The notes under the pieces: model-generated | The model's input: the letters and a program-made list of their open reading frames with translations, nothing else | Databases searched by the model: none | Told to the model about the DNA's origin: nothing | Assembly: GCA_002104905.1 (NCBI GenBank) | Contig: MCFE01000406.1 | Coordinates: 16,489-80,488 of the forward strand | DNA length: 64,000 nt | Reading direction: 5' to 3' | Source: Basidiobolus meristosporus CBS 931.73 | Taxonomy: Eukaryota > Fungi > Basidiobolomycota | Program-made: the position numbers and the translations under genes | Shown: piece after piece, positions 13,688-27,213 of the stretch | How the letters are laid out: every line of letters begins with the position of its first letter | How positions within the stretch are numbered: the stretch's first letter is position 1

Positions 13688-16025
13688 ATGCTATTATCAT
13701 CACCAGAGGCCAGCTTCTCCAGTGATCACAACACATATAAGAAATCTCGAACTAGTCGTGCTTGCGATATATGTAGAAGAAAGAAGGTCAAATGTGATGG
13801 GTTAAAACCTTCTTGTTCTAACTGCAGCACCCTTGGTTCTAAGTGCACTTACCTTGATAAGCCCAAGAAACGTGGCCCACAAACCTCTCAACCAAAAGCT
13901 CTCGAGGCACGCTTGAAGCATCTAGAGAAGTTGCTCACCTCACTTGTTGATCAGGGTGGTTCACTATCAAGTCAAGTCACTAATGAGTTGCGTTCCATCA
14001 ACTCTTCACAGACGGAGGAGCCAGAGGTATGGTAGTAGGTGTCGATTCCAGGTATTCACTGCACTAATCATCTTTTAGAATTCAAGCGAAGAGGAAGAGT
14101 CAAACCCCGAAGAAGAGGATCGTCCAACTCATTCAGATAAAATCTTACCTCACGATATCTCCTATCGATATGCCGGAAGTAGCTCTGGAATGTACTTGCT
14201 TAATGGGGAAGGAACAAACCATTCTGTTCATGATATTACGAAATTCCTCCCTGAAGTTTATGACGATCTTCCCAATTTGCCCGAAACTTTCCCCCCACCT
14301 GATTTAAGCGAGAAGTTACTGAACAATTATTTCCGACGGGCTCATCCGTACCTTCCAGTATTTCACATAGACGGATTCATGAAGAAATACAGGGAAGGAA
14401 CTGTTCCTCCTATTCTTCTTAACGCAGTGTATGCCCTGGCTTGTCTTCACTCGGGAGATTATAATCTGTTCCCAAGCATCGAAGCTTGTAACAAGTACGC
14501 CCGAATGTTCTTCCGTCGTGCCAAATCATATCTTGATTCGGAATACCATTCATCCTCTATTCCTGTGATTCAGACCTTGTTCTTGATGACATTCAGCCCA
14601 GTATCGGGGTGGCTTTTTCTAGGAATGGCCATTCGAATGGCCCAAGACTTAGGCTTGCATAGAAACATTGAGTCTCAAAACATGAGTTTAACCGAAAAAG
14701 AGGATCGCAAGTTACTGTGGTGGTGCTGTGTCACTATGGACCGCTTTTACAGCTCGGTACTTGGAAAGCCCATGTCCGTCACTAATTCCGATTTTGATAC
14801 TAAACTCCCAATGGAGATTGCAAGCCCAAATTGTGAATATTCCTTGCCCAGCCCAGCGGTGTCACTAAGATACTTCACTCATCTTATTCGCTTGACGAGT
14901 GTTATCAATCGAATTATGAGAGAGGTTTACGGAGTTGAATCTACCGCATCCAACCAATGTGGAAAAATTCTATGGACTTTGAATCAGGAGCTGAGAGATT
15001 GGGAGCAATCGCTACCTGCTGAGTTCAAATACGACTTCTCGAAACCAATAGCGAACAACGTACATACTGTGCTACTTACGTTCTTTTGTCAGTATGGCTA
15101 TATTCTATTGAACCGCCCCTTCATTATGAAGGCCGGAAAGCACAAGAAATCGACAGCACCAGATCCGGCACTCCAAATCTGCTCGAGAGCGGCTAGTATT
15201 ATGACCTTTATTTTCTTCCATACGCCGAATGGCTATAAGTTGCATGGTGTCATATTCAAAGTATCTTTCACGTTTGCGGCTTCTATGATTCATCTGATTA
15301 GTACGCTTTCGGAGAACGAGGAGATAGCGCGAACAGGAAAGGTTAATCTGTCGTTTAACCTGCGCCTTCTTCAAGAATACAAAGAAGTCTCAGCAGGGTT
15401 CGACCGCTGCTTCAAATTTATGAGCGAGATCGTTGAGAATCGTAATTTCCAAAAGGTCGATGAACTTCCTGCTGAGCCAATATTGCCACCCCCTGTCATC
15501 TTCTCACCCGATCTTACACACAAAACCCCGAAACGAAGCGATTCTGCTGCGATTTTAATTATTCCGGAAAAACAATTGGATTCACCAGTGCTCAAGACCT
15601 CAACTGCCCCCTCACCAGCAAACTCAATGGCGAACTCGAAGCCACGCAATGCGTCCCCGCTGGAGCACAACATGAACTCGCTCACGCCAATGAACGTGAA
15701 CCTAGATCAAATCAATATAACTGACCCGATCTTCCAATACAACTCTTCACAAGCAGGCCAAGTGGCTGGCAATCTGTTTACGCCAGAGTCTTATCAGAGT
15801 TCACTGAGTTATATGAATCCGCAAGGAGAGATGCGCTCCATGGCAAACAACACTGTAGCAATAGGCCCCAATACTATCTCGGAGGCATACATACAGCAAG
15901 ATTTTACGCCTGTAACTTTCATTGGAAACCCCCAGTTCTATAGCAATCACCAGATGGACATTAACATGCAGGAGTGGAACAACTATATTGATCAGTTTTC
16001 CAACTTTACGCCCCCTTCTATGTAA
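13688..16025 (+). CDS. Zn(II)2Cys6 transcription factor with fungal TF middle-homology region, 1 intron (~14027-14078)
   Basis: ACDICRRKKVKCDGLKPSCSNCSTLGSKCTY; GWLFLGMAIRMAQDLGLHR...EDRKLLWW...MDR. Confidence 0.96.
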
Positions 16026-16619
16026 TTTTTACCCAATTCAATTCAATGGCTCATCGAGTATTTGTATTAAAATTTTGTGTATCTCTTTAATTGGTAGTCT
16101 AATAGTTGCATTCTCCTACGTTCACAGTATTCATCCAATATACTACGTGTATTTGCTTCTCTGGGCGGAGACCCATTTTTGCCTCATGATCGACGCTGAG
16201 CATCATCCAACCGGAGCACATGCTCATGTCTTCAAATTTAGGTAAAAAGGGACATGATGTGCATCCAAAAAGCCATCGGATCATCCAAATCTGAGACAAT
16301 GGTATGTATATAGTAACAATGTCTTGGTCTTGGAGATACATATTAGACAGCCCTTGGAGAACCAACTGATCGGTCATCTCCCAACATGCAATATTGGTAG
16401 TGGCTGCAGGCATCATTGGGTGGACCTGAACCAAGCACAGGCGACCCTACAGATATGCCTTCGAGATTAATAAATGCATGCATATATCCAGATGAAGTAA
16501 GCATTTCAGACATGGTGTAGTGTAGAATATCGTTTATCAGAGTATGGGATACAATCTTTTCAAGCATTACACAAAAATGAACAGAAAATAAAGAAAAGGC
16601 GAGGATTAACAAAAATTTG

Positions 16620-18086
16620 CTACAGTGTGTAGCTAAAGTCAGGATGCCTGTCGCCACATAGTTCTATTCCTCCATGTCTTGCAACCTCCTTTTCCTTCTG
16701 CTCCTCAGTCAAGTTGGCGCGACGTCTATTCTCTCTCGTGAAGATGACCCTCAAGAGAATTACGAGTACGGTTTGGATTCCCACGCATGAGACTGCAATT
16801 ATATTCCCTCCCAGATACTTGGGTGGGTCATAGTAGATCTGCCCACCAATTGCACCACCAATCGTTCCAACGGAGACAATTGCTGCAGATGCTACAGCCC
16901 GGCGAGTTAATCCCCCAAAATTGTTGTTGAACCATGCTATCTTCACTGAGACGTTCGCATACACACCAGCAGTGATCAGGATAGCGCCAAAATAATGGAC
17001 GCCAACGAGTTCATCGTTGACAAGTATAAGTAGTAAGAACCCGCAAATAGTCACCAGATTAACAAACACCATATGCAGACTGCGCTCAACAAAGTGATCG
17101 GAGCTGATGCAGAGGAAGATTGTTGCAAAAAATGCAACTGCGTAGGGAGGGACGGTCATTAACTGGGATTTCACCGTAGACCAGTGGCCAAGGCCATTGA
17201 CTATAGAAGGCAAAAATAACGTGACGCCTTGGAGTGCAATGGTTCCGGTTATATATATGACCATATAGGCATATGTTTTCCAGTCTTTGAATACAGACCC
17301 AACTTGTGCCCAAGACCATGAGTGGTCATTCGCCGCACCAGCGTCGGTGGCTAATCTATTGATTTCGTAGGCGCGTTCGTTTTTGTTGAGAAATTTCGCG
17401 GTTTCCGGTGAATCTGGAAGGAAGAACCAGCACAAGATCGCCAGCACCACGGTTGGCAACCCTTCGATCAGGAATATATATTGCCATTCCGCCAGGGAAC
17501 CCTTTATCTGGCTAATGCCGTAGGCTATAAGACCACCAAAGGCACCAGCCAGTGATGAAAAAGACCAGAAGAACCCAAGTCTGACTGCTTGCTCCTTTCG
17601 CGGGTACCATAGAGACATGTAGTAGATCACACCAGGGAATAGGCCCGCTTCGAATGCACCCAAGAGAAATCTACAAATCGCCAATCCAGCAAAACTTTGG
17701 ATGCCGACCATTGAGACGGCAACCACTCCCCAACAGAACATCAGGATTGCAATCCATTTTGAGGCCCGCCATCTCCTTAATACGATATTGGAAGGTAGCT
17801 CAAAGATTACATATCCAAAGAAGAAAATAGATAGGGCCCACTGATACTCCAGGTGTGACATGTTGAGGTCTGTCTCCAGCCCACCAAGCTTCGCGTTGCC
17901 AATGTTGGATCTATCGAGGTATGAGAGGAGATAGATGATACATAGTAATGGTAGTAGAGTGAGGTCGAGCTTGCGCATTAGTTTCTTATGTACAACCGCG
18001 TTCTCTTGATGTTCCGGGTTGGCCTTCTCAACATCAACATCATAAATGGGCTTTTCAAGGCTATGCGAAGTAGCAGTACTACTCAT
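16620..18086 (-). CDS. MFS transporter, anion:cation symporter (Dal5/Tna1-like), intronless
   Basis: Single 488-aa ORF: KLDLTLLP, LDRSNIGNAK, FELPSN, EAGLFPG, WQYIFLIEG, HPDFSYTL*. Confidence 0.96.
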   Translation of the reverse strand: MSSTATSHSLEKPIYDVDVEKANPEHQENAVVHKKLMRKLDLTLLPLLCIIYLLSYLDRSNIGNAKLGGLETDLNMSHLEYQWALSIFFFGYVIFELPSNIVLRRWRASKWIAILMFCWGVVAVSMVGIQSFAGLAICRFLLGAFEAGLFPGVIYYMSLWYPRKEQAVRLGFFWSFSSLAGAFGGLIAYGISQIKGSLAEWQYIFLIEGLPTVVLAILCWFFLPDSPETAKFLNKNERAYEINRLATDAGAANDHSWSWAQVGSVFKDWKTYAYMVIYITGTIALQGVTLFLPSIVNGLGHWSTVKSQLMTVPPYAVAFFATIFLCISSDHFVERSLHMVFVNLVTICGFLLLILVNDELVGVHYFGAILITAGVYANVSVKIAWFNNNFGGLTRRAVASAAIVSVGTIGGAIGGQIYYDPPKYLGGNIIAVSCVGIQTVLVILLRVIFTRENRRRANLTEEQKEKEVARHGGIELCGDRHPDFSYTL

Positions 18087-19571
18087 TTTCTAAGGGAAGA
18101 TGAAAATATGATGAATAATGTGAAAGACTTGGGGCCTGGTGCTTTTATGTAGCCGGAACGGTGAAAGGCTGGCTTCGTTACTGTCAAGATCTCCGTATCT
18201 TGAACCAATCCGGGAGAAGACAGTTACAAACCATGGGAAAATCAGCTAGATGTCGATTCTATAGAAACTATACATTAATGCAGGAGCGCTCTATGATGCC
18301 TAGCGATTTGGATGCATGAATCTTTCTAAGACTTTTGGACGATTATGGCGAAGGCAATCAGCACAACCAAGCCATGAAATTACTATGACTTGAGGTCAAA
18401 GTCGATTTGTCGAATCTGAGACATGTCTACAGGAAAAACTTTCAACCATTATATTGTAGTCAACGGATAGGCGTAGCAAATATCATGAGCTAATCTGCCA
18501 ACACAATTGCTTTCTATACATATCCAGTCGGCACTAGTGGGCTCACATGATGTTACTTACTGTATTCATACCTCTGTTACTGGGTGTTGGGTACTCACGT
18601 CGTACTCGATGATTGCTGGGATAGTGGCGGACGCAATACACATGACAAAAGTACTATAACGATGACTCTCCAAAATCCATCGTTTTGGGTGAAAAGGCTG
18701 ACAATATCCCAAACAAAGATATTAGGGAAGGGGAAAGTCGGACAGTGACCAATGGTAGCTCTATGCTCTCCCGACATCTTGCTTGAATGCATGGATTTCG
18801 GTAGGCTATAGCCTGCGATTTGTTGTAACTATTATAGTTCTAGTGCTTGAGCAATCAGTAACCAGGGCATTGTCTTTGCCAAGCAGCCGGTTTCAAAGAA
18901 ATCTTTTTCGCATCAATATCTCCAAACTGGGAAAAGTATGAATCCCGTTAGCAGCCAACCCCTTGCCTGTTGACTGAGGAGCTTGGCCGATGAGCTGGAT
19001 GGCGAAATATCATTGAAAATCCGAACAAACAGCGACGTAGTGAATTCGGTTGAATATTTTCCCTCAAATCCAGCCCACCGTTTCCATACTATTGGCCTTA
19101 TATAGCAACGTAGCTATTTTTGCCACACTACATGACCTCAAATATGAAACAAACGTTGGGATTTAATACTTGAATTCACTGAAACCACCACTGATTAACC
19201 TGAGATGTTCCCCATATGTAATCCTATCAGGAATAGAGTTGCCCCCCCCCACTGCGATCAGAAAAGAAAATTAACGATTCAATAGTGGTTAGTGGGTTCC
19301 CCACAAGGTCTTACCTATATATGCACATATATGCTAGAAAGGTGGGCCTGATTAAATTATGCATGACTTTTAAAGGTCATCAATAATAGCGCTGCTTGAT
19401 GTCCTAAGCCATTGGGACTCTGATGGGGATTTTTACGAAGAAATTTACTGATCTGTTAGGATTGGTAAATCCATTGTTCAATTACATCCACTGAGGTGTA
19501 AATGAGCACTGGTTGGCAAATCTGCCTTTTTACTCTGAGTGTCCGTAATTACCGGCAACATCACTAGCTTG

Positions 19572-20865
19572 ATGAGTGATACGACTAAAGCTCCGAAATT
19601 CAAGTCTAGAAGACAAGAGAAATTGGCTTTAAAGAATGCACAGAGCAACAAATCCTATGTTAACCAGACAGCTTTTAGAGCTATCGAACGAAAATATCGC
19701 ACACGTTTACCGCCACCAGATTTCAGTGATGTCCTTGACTTCGCAAATCTTGAGAACAACACTCCAGAGAATTTAGATAAAATCGTGAGACTTGAACTCA
19801 AGCATAGCCTTGCACAACTATCACCCCTATTTGGGACAAACGAGCATAATCAGGGCAGACTTTGCTACACCTTAAAGGACCATCCTGGTAATCTCCCCCG
19901 TGGTTTTACTTGTACGGTCTATTCGGGCATTCTAACCTTTCCTTTCTCCCTCAGGACTTGTCGTCATACCTCGAGCTTTTGCACCAGACGCCCAAAGAAA
20001 TGTTATTAAAAGCTGCCTTCGGGAGCATGCAAAGCATCCAAATTTATCCAACTTGGACGCACACTATGATGTCCCGGACGCTGGAATTTGGAGTTTATAT
20101 CAGAAGTCAGTCAAGGGCGAGATTACTCCTCAGGATGCCATATATTATGTTCCTCTAAAAGAAAAATCGGACGACGAGGATGAAGTAGGAGCGTATGGTG
20201 ATGCACCAAAGGATAGTAACCTTGCTGTCCTTCCGCCTTTTCAACTAGTTCGTCGACTCCGATGGATTACTTGTGGGTACCAATACAATTGGTTGGACAA
20301 AACCTATGCCCTTGAAAAACGATACCCATTTCCGGAGGATATAGGTGAAATTGCTACAGCAGTAACGAAAGCAATTGAAGGGGTTGGTTATACCGGAATA
20401 GACGGCCAGGGATACATAAATCAATACGAGGGAGACAAATTTTCTCCAGAGGCCGGAGTCATAAACTATTACCAACTGAAAGATAGTTTAATGGCACACG
20501 TTGACAAAAGCGAAATTAATATGGATGCGCCTTTGATTTCATTCAGGTATGGCTCAGCCTATGTTTTCTTGACTCGCGAATGTATGCTTAATTGTGTTTT
20601 ACTTGGATCCAGTCTCGGGCATTCATGCATTTATCTTTTAGGAGGCGCGACGCGTGATATCACCCCGGCTGCCATCTACCTACGTAGTGGGGATGTATTA
20701 GCTATGTGCGGCCCTTGTAGAGGCGCATTTCATGGAGTTCCACGAATCCTGGAAAACACTTTACCAGATTACTTGAAGGTACATCCTGACGACCCTGATT
20801 GGGATATCTATGCAAGCTTCATGGATGAGGCAAGGATTAATGTGAACGTTAGACAAGTTTTCTGA
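19572..20865 (+). CDS. ALKBH1: AlkB homolog 1-like Fe(II)/2OG nucleic-acid dioxygenase, 2 introns
   Basis: LRWITCGYQYNW; PEAGVINYYQLKDSLMAHVDKSE (HxD); LRSGDVLAMCG..R.AFHGVPRI; RINVNVRQV*. Confidence 0.92.
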
Positions 20866-21491
20866 TGACTACCGTGCATTTTGAAACGGCAGCTATACAT
20901 ACATACAACAAGCATTGGAACCAGATGTCCGGTAAATAACCAGGATTTCTTTTGCGACACAAACCAATATGGTGATAGACAAATCATTCACAAAACATCA
21001 TATCATAGTCGTATATGTATACCATTTGGCATATAAATTACGGAACCCCGTCCTAGAATAAACGTTGCATCGTTCGTTTACCCTTTGCTGCTGATATCAT
21101 TCTCGAATTTGTTTAGTGAAAAGTGATTGCACTCCCTAGGAAAATTGGGGAGACGCTCATCACAAAAACGCCCAAATATCAGGTAGATTAGGTTCGCAGC
21201 TGATTCCAGTACATCCTCATCCAGCAACATGCAGCTATCCTTAGATTATGCGGTAACGATGTTTGTTGGTGGATAACATTCAAGATATGCATCTCATACC
21301 AGGCCATGTACGCTATCCCTAATTGTGTCTCGAGGTTGGAAAAGCCCCTTTCGAATTAGCAAATATTTGAACTGTTTCCAGAAAGTACCAACATATTTAA
21401 TCGTTGTTGAGCAACCCCGCTTTCAAAGCAAATTTATTCCTGAAGAATACAAACAAATGCCATCATTCCGAATAATGGCGATGCTTGGTAG

Positions 21492-22195
21492 TCAATGACA
21501 TGCATAGTGAATCATGAATGCAAGGGATGCGATAGTTAGGGTGGAGACGCTCAGTCGAGTAGCAGCATTGCCAATTATAGTGGGGGTTTTCCCTGGTAAT
21601 CTGGGTGTGGTGGTTGCAGTGATGGGTGCAACGGACGATGGAGAAGTTGGAGAAGAATTATTTGAAGTCAAATTAGATGAAGGAATGATTCCCATTGAAG
21701 AAGTAGAATTGTAGCCATTATTGGTATCTCCAATCGCTCCATGTGGCGATTGTGGTGGAGGTGGCTGGGATTGCGAGGCTTGGATTTCGAAGTAATGAGA
21801 GTACGAGGCATTGGGACCCGACCCCAAGCGAACAACATAGAGTTTTCCCGGAGCTAGTGTTGAAGGGACCATCCATTTATATGATCCATGCTTCATATAA
21901 ACACCTCTGGTAATTGTGGTGATTCTGTCTAAGTTATCTGCCTTTCCAAACATCAACGTAACATCAAATTTCTCATCAGCAACGGATCCATTCACTTTTC
22001 TCCTATGTTGACAACTGTTAGCGTATCACGTAAGCTATCTGCTAACCCATGGATGTGCCCTTACCACTGGATAGTCGTATTTGTGCCAAGCGTCCACCGG
22101 GTACCGCCTACGGGGTTTGTAACAAACAGACCGGCAAAGGCGAAGGAGGTAAGAGATGCAACAGAGGCTAGAATTGTAAAGATGTTTAAGCGCAT
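21492..22195 (-). CDS. Secreted Ser/Thr-rich, probably GPI-anchored cell-surface protein (Kre9/Knh1-like N-terminal Ig fold), 1 intron
   Basis: Signal peptide MRLNIFTILASVASLTSFAFAG; VTNPVGGTRWTLG....IQW; YSHYFEI; Ser/Thr/Pro tract; hydrophobic C-terminus after GNA. Confidence 0.8.
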
Positions 22196-23979
22196 TGAGT
22201 GGGAAAAGAGAAGAGCGTGTTGATGAAATTTGAAAGATCCAATAATAGCGGGCATCCCCCGAAACATATATTTATATACAACCCCAAGATCGATCTGTCA
22301 TGAACATCAGGTGCAGACTTATTAATGGACGCTGAACACATGCAGCGTGAACCCAATTTGTGTGTGTGCATTCCATGCAATTTTAGACTGCGAAGTAGAG
22401 TCGACTGTATCAGACAATGTTTACCACACCCTGGTCCCGCACTTGAAGTAACAATAGGAATTGTGGACGCTAGCGAAGCTGTCGGTAACAGCAATTTGGC
22501 TCGATACATGTTCTGAATGGTAGTGATAACACCTCGATTTTGACATCTTGACAGCAGTCCCGAAAGCATAATGGAACCTAGCTACTTCTCGCAAGTAGCT
22601 GAAGAATGCATATTTAAATGGATTGTATTGATTAAATGAGTAGTTTCCCTCCCATCACCTATTGGCCACAGGAGCATTCCTGACACTCCTGGGAGGTGAT
22701 GGTAGAGATTCCATTATAAACCTTGGCATTTATAGTACGTTTCTATACTTTGGTGGTAATGCAACTTCCAATTGATTTGCAGTGCCAACTGCATTTTGAT
22801 TTAGGTCTTTATTAGATGTGGTAACTTTTCATTAAAACGACAGTTGGATGCAATTAATACCGGTTCTCGGGGCAACGATCAAGCGTACATTGTATTCCAG
22901 TAGCTGCAAACGAGAATAATATGACTCTTGAACCTTCGGATATACCAGAATGTGAGATCACATCATATATGGTATGTCAGATGATGTCTCCAGAGGTATT
23001 TACAAAGATATGCGATTCATACGAGAGTGCAGTTAGTAATGAATATCGGCGGATGTGGAGAAAATGAACGGTAGAAATCCCATCTGTTGTGTCTATAAAT
23101 TATCTACATGCAGCAATACATATTCTGCACTGGCTACCATTGGCTTCTATATGCACATAACATTCTGCTTATCACTCATGCCCTAAGCCTTGGCTATTAC
23201 AGGTGTATGATGCTTTTATATGGCAAAAAATGTAATTTGATACTCTACCGCGGGACAGCGAGGGCTTCAAAGCTATGGTAACAACTGTACCTTTGTTGCT
23301 CCATTTGCTATACTTGTACTGTGGAACTGATACTGCTAGTATGACATTTGATTATCTACTGTGGTGGCATCCTAGTCTCCATCTGTGGCGTCTTGAAGGT
23401 TACTGAATCCATCTTACTTAATCTCATTGCTATACCATTCGTCCGCCAGCACGATTCAGTATTGGATCCTGGACTAGTCTTGGAAATATATATACAACAA
23501 TAGATTACCTTTGACTCTAAATCAAGATGTTGTAGTTGAACCCTCAGCAAATAAGTCGTGGTAGTGCCATTCACCATCATAAATTCTGAATTTGTCTGGT
23601 CCATCTAGAGAGCATTGGCTGCCCTAGTACTATTCAAAACAAGCCACTATTCTATTGAAAACGTGCATTTGAATTCCATGCCAAAATATGTGCTCATTCG
23701 CTAGATTATCATGTCGATCTTCAGTCGGTTACATAAAATTCATTGCTGAAACTTCACGACGTTTGTAGCACACTTATCATTGTAAGATCTATACTTGATT
23801 TGTATCTGTGGGTTCAAAATCCTTCTACCTCATTTGTAGATTATCACATCTACGTATTCGCACGGAATTGATTCGATGAAAGTAATTTTCAGGCTGATTC
23901 CCTCCGCTTTATAAATGTGTTCACCATACCGCCTGAAACATACGAAGTCTACCTCGGCTTGTTTGTGAGTTTGAAAGAA

Positions 23980-24573
23980 ATGTTGGCAATTACCAGTAAA
24001 TTATCCTTGGCTACTCGCCGCGTTGCCACTCCTGTCTTGAGCAGGTTCATGAGCGTTAAGCCTACCAGCGTTTACTCCGAAAATGCTCCTGCTGCTATCG
24101 GTCCTTACTGTGAGTGGACGCTCTCTACTATGCCTAATAGTCTTTCTTCGAACTAATGTCTGGATTTCTCTACCGAAGCCCAAGCCATGACTGCCAACGG
24201 CTTCATCTTTGTGTCTGGTCAACTTCCAGTTAACCCCAAGTCCGGAAACATCGAATCTAACGACGTAAAGGAGCAAACTGTAAGCTGTAGAACCTATTGG
24301 TCTCCTACATACCCCCGACTAAAACAAACTTCATTGCAGCGTCAATCCCTCACCAACATTCGTGCTATCCTTAAAGAGGCCGGTGCCGACTTCAGCAACG
24401 TCTTGAAAACCAACGTATTCCTGAAGGACATGAATGATTTCGCCTCGATGAACGAAGTATACGCTGAACTTATGGGCGAATCCCGTCCCGCTAGAGCCGC
24501 CGTTGAAGTGGCCCGTCTCCCCAAGGACGCCCTTGTTGAGATTGAGTGCGTTGCTGTTGTCAGCAAGCAATGA
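23980..24573 (+). CDS. RidA/YjgF/Mmf1 enamine-imine deaminase, 2 introns, mitochondrial presequence
   Basis: [11 protein letters not shown]; FIFVSGQLP; [21 protein letters not shown]; [23 protein letters not shown]. Confidence 0.95.
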
Positions 24574-25058
24574 TAGATTCCCCAAATTTTCCACCCATTG
24601 CAACATGCCTCATTCATATACTCTATATATAAACTGCCATTCCAATGTATTTCCTTTCTTTGTGAAGCCTACGGTTTTTGAGAGGGTGTGTTCATAGAAG
24701 CTGGTACTTAGACAGGCTCATGGGGGATGTATATTACACTGGTTTACTGATGACCATTAGCGGAGGTATTTGTGGCCGTGTAATGGTGTGTTGTTGAGTA
24801 GGCCTTACCTCGCGGCAAGTCGCAGAAACATGCAGAGATGCAGCTATCGTTCTCAATTGACCATGAACATGTAGACCGGATAATCAGAAAAAATCGACTT
24901 TTCAAGCTGATTCAATCAACCAATACCATTGGCCAGAATGGTATGATTCCAGGCCTGTTGGAAATTGAGGAATAAAGTGTCTGAAGCTTCTCTCCCCGAA
25001 TACCTCTCTCTGGGCGTTTAGACCGTTTTAGCAAAGTCGACCACGAACGAACTTCAAC

Positions 25059-25818
25059 ATGGTGAGTTTTCATTCCACAAACCACTTTCGCCCGCTTGCT
25101 GAATGAGTATTTGGAATATCATTCAAATCCCTGTTTCGCCCAAGCGTCGACTGTGGGTTAGCTGCAGGTTTCATCAATTATCACTTTCGCATCCATACAT
25201 CCCTTTGATACTACTGTCCGTACCAATTTTGTTACAAAGCGTCCAATACCATTCATAACGCACTGGACTAACTCTCTAGTTGTACAGGCCGTAGAAGCAT
25301 CCTCCTCTACCAACCCTATGCGTGAGCTACGCATTGAAAAACTAGTCCTTAATATTTGCGTCGGAGAGTCTGGTGATAGACTTACCCGTGCTGCCAAGGT
25401 GTTGGAACAATTGACCGGTCAGACCCCTGTCTACTCTAAAGCTCGCTACACTGTCCGCAGTTTCAGCATCCGTCGTAATGAAAAGATTGCTGTCCACTGT
25501 ACCGTTCGTGGTCCTAAGGCTGAGGAGATCTTGGAACGTGGTCTTAAGGTCAAGGAATATGAATTGAAGAAGTCCAACTTCTCTGCCACCGGTAACTTCG
25601 GCTTCGGTATTCAGGAACACATCGATTTGGGCATCAAGTATGATCCTTCCATCGGTATTTATGGTATGGATTTCTTCGTTGTCCTAGGCCGTCCTGGTTT
25701 CCGTGTTGCCCGCAGAAAGAGATGTCAATCCAAGGTCGGCTTCTCTCACCGCGTCACCAAGGAAGAGACCATGAAGTGGTTCAAGCAGAAGTATGATGGC
25801 ATCATCTTGAACAAATAA
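25059..25818 (+). CDS. RPL11: 60S ribosomal protein L11 (uL5); intron 25062-25287 directly after the ATG
   Basis: [40 protein letters not shown]...[23 protein letters not shown]; ATG|GTGAGT...TACAG. Confidence 0.98.
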
Positions 25819-26330
25819 TTCCCTATTTGATCTCTATTCTTTTTGAACAAGATCAATTAAATAAACTAATACCGACCTAGAAAGACTTAAACGTATGTTC
25901 TTAGCCTAACCATCGTCAGTGCCACCAGTAGGAAAGAGTGGGGCCCATTGCATACCCAGCTAAATTCCAAAACTTCATGGTATACGAAGTTATTTGCGCT
26001 CAACATTTGTAGCTACGCAGTGCTTCCTCCCCAAAGCATTAATCAGTCGTCTCTGATAGACATCCCACGCCGTACCAAGCTATTCCTCGCGTGGTTAAAA
26101 TACAAACGTACACTGCCATACTCGACATCATATCCAAATAATGATTAAGCATATTGTGAAATGTTACGGGTTTATGTGCCATAGAGAGTAGCGTGTGACA
26201 TGGAGAATGTATACGATATCTTGAAAAGGGCAGAAAGATAGAGGCGTATGAATGAAAGCCAATCTTGTGAAGGATTGATGACAGCTCAGAACAAGATAAG
26301 CTTCGCAACGAAGGAAGCGAACCGTATTGT

Positions 26331-26803
26331 TTATTCCTGCTTAGCTTGCTTCTCCTCAAGCTCCTGCTTGCGCTTTAACTTCTGCATATTTCTAAAGCGG
26401 CGCATGTAACTAAAACAAAAATGAATCAGAGAGTTCCCTTCCGGTGAACAAGGCATCCCGCACAGAATCACCGAATAAGTGCTGCAGTCACGGGTCTTTG
26501 ATAAAAGTTGCACTTACTCGTCATATTGGCACTTTTCATAACCATGACGCTCGTCCTCACACTTCCAGGGAAGGTACCAAGAGGCTTCACGGCATTTGTT
26601 CAAAGGAATAAGAAGATGTGCACAGCTATCACGGAAAGCCAAAGGAATGCGCGCATCTGCCATTTCTTTTTGGGTGGCAATCATTGGTGGGGGTGCCTCT
26701 AGAGTGAAATCTTTGAAGAGGATCGGTGAAGTAGGCAGGTCAGATCACATTAGGGATTGGGTTATATCTTGGGGATGCACTAACCTTCAGCTTCAGTAGC
26801 CAT
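26331..26803 (-). CDS. NDUFB7: NADH:ubiquinone oxidoreductase subunit B18 (NDUFB7), 2 introns; not in ORF track as a whole
   Basis: Spliced MATEAE|DFTLEAPPPMIATQKEMADARIPLAFRDSCAHLLIPLNKCREASWYLPWKCEDERHGYEKCQYDE|YMRRFRNMQKLK..., with the twin CX9C motif of NDUFB7. Confidence 0.93.
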
Positions 26804-27213
26804 GTTTATATAAGTACTTCACAAGCAACTGACGACAAACAGGTGAGGAAGTATATATGGTTTAGAAACTTTCGGGCCTGAGGCATGAGAATCTAGTATG
26901 GAATTGGCTACATGTTGGGGTCTTTTGGGGTAAAGGCCCCCTTCATTTTTCCAGATGCAAGAAATCTATATGCGGGGTAATAAAACGTGTATTAAACAAA
27001 CGGTTTAATGCGATCATAACTTCATGGCTAGATACTTCATCCCAATACTAAATTTGTCGATTTATTTGAACACAGCTTTATGTTAGATTTAAATAGACCA
27101 TTATCAAGGACAGGACGGTTAAGGATTATGGAGACTATTATCTAGGGACACCGTAGCAGCTTGCTCAAGGGGTTATATAGTAAATATCTACCGAGCATCG
27201 AGTGTATTCCACG

